Source of the DNA: Lama glama
Taxonomy: Eukaryota
Direction: 5' to 3'
Length of the DNA stretch: 64,000 nt
Assembly (NCBI GenBank): GCA_028534125.1
Contig: CM052817.1
Coordinates: 50,718,001-50,782,000 of the forward strand
The notes below the pieces were generated by a model that saw only the letters and a list, made by a program, of their open reading frames with translations, was not told the origin of the DNA and did not search any database. The position numbers and the translations under genes were made by a program. This document shows, one piece after another, positions 38,110-49,432 of the stretch. Positions within the stretch are counted from its first letter, which is position 1; each line of letters opens with the position of its first letter.

Positions 38110-38674
38110 GTGAATAATTTATATGAGACATAAATTATAAGAAGATACCTGTGAAGGTGCATGATGTAATCATGAAGATGAAGAACAAGGGTGAAACAGG
38201 AGGAGAACTCTGAGAATCAACTGCACAAACAGAACATGCCATTGAGTTCATTATGAGGAATCCACTGCTTGATAATGTTTTTTAAATGAACATTATCACT
38301 TCTACACAAAGGATGCTCCTAACAGGACAGAGATTTTATAACCTCAACTTGGGGAAAAAGGATTGAGGGGAAGAATCTTGTGTAATAAAAGAAGATGCAT
38401 AGAATGTGAAAAAAATGAAAGTAAGGTACCAATCTGCTTTTTTCTCCGTGATACTCTTAAAAACAGTGACAATAAACTGTGTCCATTAGTCCAATTAAAA
38501 GGAACCTGGGAAGGAGGCATTGGGGCTTGTGATTTTGGTTATTTTAGGTTGGATTGGGCTTTCAGCACTTGGGAGACACTTGCCCTGAGTTTTTCAAACT
38601 CTTTGCTGCCAGTGATGAGTGTGTATCACAAAGGAAAGAGGATAGAGAAATCAGGAAATATTTGGTTATGTTTT

Positions 38675-41600
38675 TTCTTTTGTTTTTTCAGCTTTATTGA
38701 GATATCATTGACACATAATATTGTGTAAGTTTAAGGTGTACAGTGTGATGATTTGATACATGTATATATGGCAAAATGTTTACCACAGTAAGGTTAGTTA
38801 ACATATCCTTTACCTCACAAAATTATCATTTTGTTGTTATAAGAACATTACTCAAAACTGATTCATTTTATAACTAAAAGCCTGTACCTTTCACTGCTAT
38901 CTCCCCAGTCCCCACTCCTTAGCCCCTGGCAACCACAATTCTACTGAGTTCAGAGAATTTAGGATCCACATATGAATGGGAGCACACAGTATTTTTCTCT
39001 CTGTTTGACGTATTTCACTTAGCATAGTGCCCCCAGGGTCCATCCATGTTGTTGCAGATTACAAGATTTCCTTTTTTTGTGGCCAGATAATACTGTATTG
39101 TATACTTACACCTCATTTCTTTATCATTCATCCATCAGTAGACACTTAAGTTGTTTCCATGTCTTGGCTATTATAAATAGTGCTGCAATAAACATTGGAG
39201 TATAAATACCTCTTCAAGATAGTGATTTCATTTCCTTCGGAAATATAAGTGGAAGTGAGGTTACTAGACCATTTGGTAGTTCTATTTTTAATTTTTTGAG
39301 GAACCTCCATATTGTTTCCCATAGTGGCTACACCAATTGACATCCCCATCAACAGTGCATGAGGGTTCCCTTTTCTCCATATCCTCTTCAACACTTACCT
39401 CTTACCTTTTTTATGATAACCATTCTAGTAAGTGTGATAATTTAGGGTTTTTTTTTTTGATAATTTGGTTTTGATTTGCATTTCCTTGATGATTAGTGGT
39501 GCTGAGCACCTTTTCATGTGCTTGTTGGCCATTTGTATGTCATCTTTGGAGAAGGATGGATTCAAGTCCTCTGCCCATTTTTTAATTGGATTGTTTATAT
39601 TTTTGCTGCTGAGTTATATGAGTTTCTTATAAATTTTGGATATTAACCCTTATATGGTTTGTAAATATTTCTCCTATTCATGATGTAAGGGTTGTCTTTT
39701 GTCTGTGTTTCCTTTGCTGTGCAGAAGCTTTTTAGTTTGATACAGTCTCACTTGTTGAATTTTTGCTTTTGGTGTCATAACCAAAAAAATCATGCCCAAG
39801 ATGGAGACAAGGAGTTTTTTACCCTATGTTTTCTTCTAGGTGTTATATGGCTTAGGTCTTATGTTCAAGTTTTTAATCCCTTTTGAGTTAATTCTTGTGA
39901 GAGTTGTAAGGTAAAGTTCCAGTTTTATTCCTTTGCATTTGAAATTCCAGTTTCCCCAATACCATTTATTGAACAGACTATCACTTTCCAAGTTAGGATT
40001 CTTGGCTCCCTTTCATATATTAATTGACCATATATGTGTGGGTTTATTTCTGGGCCCTTGAATCTGTTCCATAGACCTCTGTGTCTGTTTTTTATTTCAG
40101 AGTCATACTGTTTTAATTACTATAGCTTCATGATATAATTTGAAATTAAGAAGTGTGATGCTTTTAGCTTTGTTCTTAAGATTGCTTTGGAAATTGGGAT
40201 CCTTTTTTTTTTAATTCCATGTGAATTTTAGGATTTTTTTCATTTCTGTGACAAATGCCATTGAGATTTTGATAGAAATTGCATTAAATCTATAAATGGC
40301 TTTGGGGAGTATGGGTACTTTTAAACAATATTAACACTTCTGATCCGTGAACACAGAATATCTTTCCATTTATCTGTGTTTTCTTTGTTATCTTTTGTCA
40401 ACATCTTGTAGTTTTCAGAAAGGGGATCTTTTACCTCCTTGGTTAAATTTATTCCAAATTATTTTTGTTTGTTTCTGAGGCTATTGTAAGTGGGATTCTT
40501 TTGTTTATATCTTTTCCAGATGTTTCATTGTTAGTGGATAGAGATGCAGCTGATTTTTGTGTGTCAATTCTGTATCCTGAGATTTTACTGAGTTTATTAT
40601 TCTATCAGATTTTTGGTGGAGTCTTTCTAATTTTCTATGTGTAAGATCATATCATCAACAAACAGACAATTTTCCTTCTTATTTTCTCATTTGGATACCT
40701 TTTATTTCTTGCCCAGTTGGTCTGGCTAGAACTCCCAGTATTGTGTTGCATAAAAGTGGCAAGAAAAGGAAGGCACTCTTGTTTTGTTCCTGTCTTAGAG
40801 AGAAAGCCTTTATTTAACCTATCACAGTTGAGTGTGATGTTAATTGTTGGCTTGTCCTTTTGTTATATTGAGTTCTATGTTCTTTCTGTATACAGTTTGA
40901 GAGTGTTTATCATGAAAGAATGCTGAATTTTGTCAAGTGTTTTTTCTGCATCTATCGAGATGATCATATGATTTTTGTCTTCCATTCTATTAATGTAGAT
41001 TATCAAATTTATTGATTTGTGCATATTGAACCATTCTTGCATTTCAGGGATAAATTTCACTTGATCATGGTGTATGAACTTTTTAATGTGCTATTGAATT
41101 TGGTTTGTTGGTATTTCACTGAGAATTTTTGCATCATAGTTATCAGGGATATTGGTTCATAGTTTTCTTATAGTGTTCTTATCTGCCTTTGGTAACACGG
41201 TAATGTTAGACTCATAAATTAATTTGTGTTTCCTCCTCTTCAGGTTTCTGGAAGGCTTTGAGGACTGGCATTAATTCTACTTTAAATGTTTGGTAGGCTT
41301 CACTAGTAAAGCTGTATGGGCCTAGATTTTTCTTTGTTGGGAGAGTTTTGATTGCTGATTTAGTCTCCTTAGTTGTTGTTGGTCTATTCAGATTTCAATA
41401 TTTTATGAAGAAATTCAGATGTAGTAGGTTGCATGTTTCTAAGAATTTACCCATTTCTTCTAGGTCATCCCCTTTGTTGTCATATAATTCTTTACCGTAT
41501 TGATTCTTTGTATTTCTGTGGTTTCAGTTGCAGTATCTTCTCTTTCATTTCTGACTTTATTTGTTTGATTACTCTTTCTTTTTCCTGGTAAGTCTAGCTA

Positions 41601-44260
41601 AATGTCAACTTTGTTTATCTTTTGAAAAAAATCTTATTTTCATTGATCTGCTCTAGTGTTTTTAAAATTTCATTTATTTCTGCTCTCTTTGTTATCTTTG
41701 TCCTTATGCTAAATTTGGGCTCTGTGTGTGTGTGTGTACGCGTGTGTTTAAGTTAGGTTGTTTTTTTGTTGTTGTTTAACATTAGGTAGTTTATTTGAGG
41801 TCCTTCATTTGTTTCCAATTTAGGCATTTACTGCTATGAACTTCCCTCTTAGCACCGCTTCTTCCTTCTATTAATTTTCAGTTTTATACCATTGTGATCA
41901 GAAAAGATGATATGATTTCAATGTTCTTAAATTTGCTAAGACTTATTTTGTTACCTAACATATGATCTCTCTTGAAGAATGGTCCATGCACACTTGAGAA
42001 AAACGTGTATTTTGCTGCTATTGGATGGAATGTTCTGTATATGTCTGATAGGTTTTTTGGTGTAAAGGATGGCGCAGGTCATGTTTCCTTATTGATCTGT
42101 CTGGATGACCTATCCATCATCGAAACTTGGGGTATTAAAGTGTTCTACTATTACTGTATTGTTGCTGATTACTCCCTCCATATCTGTTAGTACTTGCTTA
42201 ATATATTTAGGTTCTCTGATATTGGGTATGTATATGTTTATAATTGTTATATTCTCTTGATGAATTGACCCCTTTATCTTTATATAATAATCTTCTTTGT
42301 CTCTAATTATAGTTTTTGACTTAAAGTCTATTTTGTCTGATAAAATACAGCTACCCTTGCTCTTTTATGGTTTCCTCTTCTGGTGATATCTTTTTCCAGC
42401 CCTTTGCATTGAGCCTATGTATGTTCTTTCTTAAGCTGAAGTGAGTCTCTTACATGGAGCCTATAGTTGGATCTTGGTGGGTTTTTGTTCGTTTGTTTTC
42501 TAAATCCATTTAACATTCTATGGCTTTTTATTGGGAAATTTAATCCATTTACATTTCAAGTAATTATTGGTATGTTAAGACTTACTCTTGGCATTTTGTT
42601 CATTGTTTTCTAGCCAGTTTGTAATTCCTTGATTCCTTTCTTTTTCCCTTAGTGTTTTCCTTTGTGAATTTATTATTTTTGCAGTGGTATACTTTGATTC
42701 CTTTTTCATTATCTTGTGTGCATTTACTATAGGCTTTGTTCTTGTTGTTGTTACACTAAGGCTTACTTTAAAACCTCTTATAGATATAACAGTCTGTTTT
42801 AAGCTGGTAACAACTTCAATCACATTGAAAAACTCCACCTTTTTACTCCTCCTATATTTTATGTTATTGATGTCAAAAATTACATCTTTTTATATTGTAT
42901 ATCCATTAACAAATTTGTATAGCTATAAATATTTTTAATGTTTCTGTACTTTAAACTTTATATTAGAGTGAAGTGGTTAGCACACCACCATACTTCACTA
43001 TTAGAGTCTTCTGAATTTGATGACATGCTTCCTTTTACTAGTGTATTGTATATTTTTATGTTTTCTTGTTACAAATTTGTGTCTTTTTATTTCAGCTTGA
43101 AGAAATTTCTTGTACTGCAGGTCTAGTAGTGATGAACTATATGTTTGGAAAAGTCTTTATATCACCTTCATTTCTGAAGGACAGCGTTGCAGGGTAAATT
43201 ACTCTTGGTTGGAATTTTTTTCTGTCTTTATGCTACTTTGACTATATCATCCCACTCACTTGACCTGCCAGGTTTCTGAGAAATCTACTGATAGCTTTGT
43301 GATGGTTCATGCAGGTGTACAGCTGGAGGGGCTAGCTGCATGTGAGCCTAGTGGTGCAGGCCAGTGACTGACTGTAGGGTCAAGTTCAGGCCTATGGGCA
43401 GCTGTGGGTGCCTTGTCTGTCTGCATGCCCTTCCATGGCTGCAGGATGTCACCATTGGTGTGCAGATGGCAGTAAAAGCTAGTGACAGAATTCAGGGCAG
43501 CAGCATGCAAGTGCACAGTGGGAGGGCTAGTGCCACGTGTGCACCTGGCTAATGGGGCTCAGCCCCTGGGGTTCTAGGTTGGTGTCTTGCACTTGTGCAA
43601 TGGCAGAGGCCTGAACTCGCCTCCAGTATGGATCCCGCCTCCTGCAGGGTTTGGGGAAGAGACAGAAAAAAGACTTAGATGGTAATTTCTGCAAATGTGA
43701 ATACTGGTGAGGCTAAAACTGGTGAAACCTGTAGGGGCTTTGTGGTGGCTGTACTGCTGCTATTTTTTTCAGTGCTGTGGTCCTCTGTATAGCAAGTCAC
43801 TGGGAACTGTGTCACTCCCACTGAGTGGCTGATACTGGTTGCCCCTCTCTCTTCCTTCTTGTTTCCAGCCATCTCTGTACATCACAGCTTTGCTGGCTGC
43901 TGGATGGTTGAGACCTAAGCAGGTCCTTCCTGCAGTGCCCTGAAAAGCTGGGGAAGCTGGTAGCTCACACTGTGCTCTTTCCTAAAGAGGGGAACTCTTC
44001 TGAGCTGGGTAGTTCCTCCCTGGTGCTGAGCAGTGCCAACCTGGGGAATGGAATGATACAGCCAAAATGAAACTATTCCTCCTTCCTTGTTTGTGTGGTT
44101 ATTCTCAGGAATTTTATTCTACTGTGTTGGTGAAGTGTCTGAAGTGGAATCCTGAGATCTCACAGAGCTGTTTCTGTCCACAGCTAGCAGTCTGTTGATA
44201 CTGGTGGGGCAACAGAGCTGTGGTCTCCTACTTTGCTGTCTCGGTGATGCCGTGCTCTGC
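38675..44260 (-). mobile_element. LINE-1 (L1MA9-like) retaining both ends, internally deleted
   Basis: 3' end ttttcagctttattgagatatcattgacacataat. ORF2p RT remnant 40875-41060 ([18 protein letters not shown]...[22 protein letters not shown]). GC-rich 5'UTR 43309-44260. TSD ggttatgtttt at 38664-38674 and 44261-44271. Confidence 0.93.
41723..41747. repeat. (TG)n microsatellite inside L1
   Basis: tgtgtgtgtgtgtgtacgcgtgtgt. Confidence 0.8.
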
Positions 44261-44739
44261 GGTTATGTTTTATCCTTTCATGAGATGTTTGTTCATTCAT
44301 GTGCTACTGCCAGTGTTTCAAATATAGTACTATTATAATATGGTTTAATATTTAGTAAAGTAAGTGACTTAACCATTATTCAGCTCTTCTGGGTTTTCTA
44401 GTTATTCTTGTATGTTAGTCTTCAAAATACATTTTAGAATCTTTTTGGCATTTTCAAATAAAAAAAATTCCTCTTGGGATTTTAGATACTCTTCAAATAC
44501 AAAAAAGTATCTTATATGTATGAATGAGGGCTCATCCTAATTGTACCCTGTGACTTTAGAAATTAGCTAATATATATTAATTCATTCAGCAGTTACTAAT
44601 TATGTCCCTACCACATGCCACTTTCTGTTCTAAGCATTTGGAATTCAAAATAAACCAAATCCCTTGCTTTCACGGAACCTATGTTTTAGTGGAAGGAGAA
44701 AGATAGGAAATAAAACAGCCAAATCTATTACAGTCTGTG

Positions 44740-45752
44740 TACATTAGTCAGCTGTTTCCATAATAATGAGGCCTAACAAGTTTCTACAAGATTTTGTGGC
44801 TTAGAACAATCAACATTGATTTTTCTTGCTCCTGGGTCTCTGGGTGGGCTCAGATCACTCTGCTTTAGGTTGTGGGGAGTCTGGGCTTGGCTCAAGGCTG
44901 CAGACTGGCTTCTCTCCCATAGGTTTCCTTGTTCTCTATCAACCAGCAGCTCCACAGTCGAGTCCTCACAGCAGAACCCGAAAGTCCCAGGAACAAACCA
45001 AACTTCACAGGCTGGCACAAGTGTTGCCAAAAGATCAGCCCCTGTCCCTGACGAGCCAAATAACTCAGAGACAGGGTCTTGGAGCTTAGAAGAAAAGAGG
45101 CATCTTTATTGCTTTGCCAGGCAAAGGGGACTCACAGCAGGTTAGAGCTTTCAAAACTGTGAACCCGTCTTGGGGATGGGGCAGGGTGAATACATAGCCA
45201 TAGCTTAAACAATAAAGCATCGATAACAATCAACAGAATTATTTTCTTCTCATAAGACTCAGAGTGATGTCATGGTGTCTCCAGGTGAGTCTATAGAGGC
45301 TAGTGGTTGTCGCTCTTTCGATCTCTTTATCTTATAAGTGCCCAAGGCATGGTCTTCTTGGTAATTCAGGCTATTTTGTAAGGTTACAGTCCTGTCACCT
45401 TCTTCCTGGTGATTGAACTCAGAGACCAAGCATTATTATTACTTTCAATTACTGGAATAAAGTAGAAACAGTAAAATTAACAGCTTTATTTTAATAATGG
45501 ATCTGGAGCTGGGAGTAGCAACCAGTCAGTCAGGTTAGTTGACTGTTTTAAGGGCAAGCATAAGAATAAGCGATCTGTTAGCCTAAGTGCGGCCATTTGA
45601 TTAATTCTACTTCACAAGCCATTGCTTACATCACATCCATGCACCTTTCACTGGCCCGATCAAGTCCTGTGGTGAAGGAAGATATATTCCACCTTAAAGT
45701 GTAAGCGGGAGGGAAGTAAATACTTGCTTGACAGGAATGTAATCCGTTGAAA
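44740..45752 (-). mobile_element. MaLR LTR (MLT1H-like) split by an ERV1 LTR
   Basis: cattagtcagctgtttccataataatg...gtggcttagaacaatcaacattgattt; resumes caagccattgcttacatcacatc...ggagggaagtaaatacttgct. Confidence 0.75.
45022..45614 (-). mobile_element. ERV1-type solo LTR (593 bp)
   Basis: TG...CA termini, perfect 4-bp TSD caag (45018-45021 and 45615-45618) and antisense polyA signal tttatt at ~45105-45110. Confidence 0.88.
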
Positions 45753-47484
45753 TATGTTAGAAAGTGATACATTCCATGGGGGGAAAAAAGTAGAGCAGGA
45801 AAAGGCTATTGAGAATTTGTGGGGACTGAGCTGCAATTTACATATGTAGCCTGAGTGGTCCTCCCTGTGCTGACAGTTTAGCATGGACCTGAAGAAGATG
45901 AGGGAGTTCTCCATGTGAATACCTGAAAGAAGAACAGTATAGACAGAGGGGATCAGGCCATGCAATAGTCCTAATGTGTGAGTATGTCCACTGTTTGAAG
46001 GAACAATGAGCAGACCGTGTGTTTGGAGTGGAGAAAGGGAGGAGGGAGTGAAGTAGGAAAATTGTCAGAGGTAACTGAAGAACAGATCCTTAGGGTCATG
46101 ATAGGCTGTGTCAGGGCTCTGGTTTCTACTGAGTGAGCTGAGGAACATGTTAAAGAGGGTCCAATAAAGAAAAATTTTAGGACATTAACACATTGATATG
46201 ACAGAATAAAAAGTATTCCCGAGGGAGCTGTCTCTATTGGGCTGCATTGATAGCCATAGTCTGCTTTAGCTGCTGAGGTGTCTCTCTGCATTTTGGGAAG
46301 TCTAGGCATTTAATATGTTAGTTAATTAAGTTAATTAATAGAACATCATTCTTACATATAATCCATTAACTGTTAAATGACTCCAGCAAATATCTCTTTC
46401 AGTCAATTAACAAATATGTCTCTAATTGAAACATAGGTAGAGGTAAAGCTACTTATAAAAAAAAATGCAATAGTCATAAAATGTTTGCCTCACCCCAGGT
46501 GGAGAGAGCATAGATAATGCCATTCTACCTCTTACTCCACTGGTAGGTAAATCAGTCTCTTCCTGGTTTTAGAATATTTTTGGATAGTAACCCATTAATG
46601 CAATTTTCCATTACAAAAAACAGTGCTTATTCACTAGTTTCATTTTCATGTAGTTATTAATTCTAAAAAAAAAATTGTTGAGGGTTATCTAACAGTGGTA
46701 TGCCCTGTCTTGGGACTGCAAAACTGAAGTGTGTATGAGGTTTATTCTCAGAGATCCTTGAGTCTGTTAAGACAGAAGAAGCACATACATTGTTAAATAC
46801 AAAGTAGGTGGAGTGAAGAAATGCTTTAGAGGCCCACAGGAGAGGGATTAAAATGCTGAACATTCAAACAAGTAAAATAAGAGTTGAGATGTAAATGCCT
46901 ACTAGGAAGACAGGGGAAATAAGTGAGTAAAGTAGTTCAGCTGGAAAGAAGGGCACACACACTGTACATTAAACACAGGCACATTCTTTTCCTTTTTCTC
47001 AGAATAACCAGATATGTAACTTATGTTTTTTATAATAATGGGTAAATATTCAACCATCTTTTTTCTTTCCTTTCTAAGGAAAAAAATAAGTCTATCGCTC
47101 TGTATTGCTAAAAGCACATTTGTCAAAGTTTTCTCCCTTTCACTAGTATGAAACTAGTGATTTTTAGTTTCAACAGTGGTTTAAATGAGGGTTGAGTCAG
47201 ATTTGGGGGCCCTTAATCATCATTGTTATCACCTTCTTTTAAATCGTTAACCATTACAATATATTTATTTAAAATAAGTGTTTTTCTGCCATTTCTGTGG
47301 TAAGTTTTAGAAAAAATATATAGAAGTATTATATATAAAGATATTGTATATATGTTTTGTGTATTATAAATGGCTACTCTTTCATATCATGTATTTACAT
47401 CTAAGTAACATATATCCATACACATATATAAAGTATTATATATAATATATTTATATATAATTATTACCAGGAGGAAGGGAAAAA

Positions 47485-48031
47485 TGTTACTTCAGTTCTT
47501 AGGCACCGAAAAAAAAGAATGTTCAAAGAGAGACAGAAAGTGTGATATAAACAGAAGATTTTATTAGTGAAGTAAAAATGTAGTAAAATATAATACACCC
47601 CGAGAACTGGGAGTAGGCCAACCCAAGAGAGGAAAAAATGGCACCACTCCTTGTTTTTCCTGTTCTTATATCCTGCTTAGAGGGCATTTTTGTGATTGAT
47701 TGATTCATAGCTCACCTTCCTTGTGATCAGGCACGCCCATCCCTTTTGTGCATGTTCTTACCCATGAAGCACACAGAGAAACGTGTGGGAGGGGCTCAAA
47801 CTGCATTGTTAATTACATTATAATGAGCATCGGGTTAGGTTAAACCGAGTCCTTCTCTCTGCTGTGCAGCTGCAGCATTGCAATCCTAGCTGGCTTCTTT
47901 GCTGGCCTTCATTTAGAGAAAGTAAAAGTTTTTGGAGCCCCTTATCCTGAGTGCCAGGGTACTGTTATTTTCTGGCTTGCTCCCTCCTGCTTCCTCTCCC
48001 CTTGCTTGGTACTCATTTCTCACTGCCTACA
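47485..48031 (-). mobile_element. ERV1-type solo LTR (~547 bp)
   Basis: tgttac...cctaca termini, antisense AATAAA (~47560), antisense TATA-like cttatat (~47666) and flanks aaaa/ataa. Confidence 0.7.
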
Positions 48032-48699
48032 ATAATGACTATAATTCTCATATCTTTTACTTCTTATATTGTTCCACTGAAATTTTCTTTTTACTAGATT
48101 GACTCCAACATCCAAAAAAAGGAAAGGAGCTTAATATTAGAAGTGAGCAGCCATTCTAATTAGGCTCCTGATTTTATGATTTTGGCTTCCTAAATGACTT
48201 TTGGGTCCACCTCCTCAATGGCATGGCCATAGCCCTCATTCAAGGTTTTCCTTGAAAAGAAACGGACAGCAGTGGAGTAAGGTCATTTTAGGCACTTGTC
48301 TGACATGGTTTTAAGTGCTGTTGACCCATGAACAAAAAGTTACTTTTCAATTCTCTTTCAGTCCTTCTTCTATTAAAAACAGTCTCAATCTAGATCCTAG
48401 TCTCAGCTAAAACTGTCCTGTTCAACCAAGATGGAGCAGCCTCAGGCTCAGAGCCTTAGATGGCAAGGATGCCAACCTAGGAATCAAGAGTGATTTTTGT
48501 CTTCTTGAATTTATTTTTTACCTGTCTTCTGCTTCTGGCACATGATACTATCATGCCATCTATAGTGCTAGTAATCTAAAATTTCCTTTTAAAATGAGTC
48601 ACTGAAAAGAAAGAAAAATGTTCAGTAAATGCTAGTATTTGATCTGTATAAATCATTCGAGTTTAGGAAGCATAACCCGATTTCAAACCCTTATTTTCC

Positions 48700-49030
48700 C
48701 CCACAGATTGTTGTAAAAGCTTCTTAAGTATTCTTCCTGCCTTCATTTGCCTCCACACCAAATAAAAATTTCATCACTCTAAACCTTGTATCTGATAAAG
48801 TCACCTTCTTGCTTCAGTGGTTCCCTCATCACCGATGGAATAATCTAAGCTCTTTGGCATAGAATACACACAAGGGTGTTCAAAAATCTGAGCTCCAAAT
48901 CTTGCTATCGCTTCTTCCTGTATGTCCCCTGTGCCTGAGCCACAGCAAACCACCTGGAGTCCTTGATCCTGAAATCACAGGCACGTTCTTCATGCCCAAA
49001 AGACATACGTTCTTCTATTTTCTTGAACTA
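48700..49030 (+). mobile_element. LINE-2 fragment
   Basis: tctgataaagtcaccttcttgcttcagtggttccctcatcacc...ctaagctctttggcatag. Confidence 0.6.
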
Positions 49031-49119
49031 TAAGGCTCTCTTATTTTATACACATTTTTCAGCTTTTAGTAGCAAAAAGGATATAGAAAATTTTAATTTA
49101 AAAACAAGTGGCAAAGAAA

Positions 49120-49432
49120 ATGTGTATTAATGTTACTGAGACTGTGGGGGGTTGGAGCTAGTAGTGGATGGGAGAAGGCTGGCCACAGGGTCCAATCATG
49201 CCAGTGCCCACCCGACAGGTGCCAACTGATAATGTGCACCCAGCAATGCCAGATCTGTTGATTTTTGAGAGAATTTGCAACTTAGGCAGTGAATGTAAAA
49301 CATACCCATTTTCAATAATTGGACCAAGTTATGAGAAATGTTTAAAAATGTGTCTGGGCCACACACACACACACAAAATGCATTTGCTGGTTGAATTCAA
49401 CTAAAGGAGGAAACGATTTGCAGCTGCTCCCT
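49120..49432 (-). mobile_element. MER102-like hAT-Charlie relic
   Basis: cccagcaatgccagatctgttgatttttgagagaa...gggccacacac...atttgctggttgaattc...tttgcagct. Confidence 0.65.

Larger units (their letters stand above)
44578..46260 (-). mobile_element. LINE-2 interrupted by MLT1 and an ERV1 LTR
   Basis: L2 antisense tail ttcattcagcag...tcccttgctttcacggaacctatgttttagtggaaggaga at 44580-44730. It resumes at ~45753 with gacctgaagaagatgagggag...tgtttgaaggaacaatgagcagaccgtgtgtttggagtggag. Confidence 0.8.
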
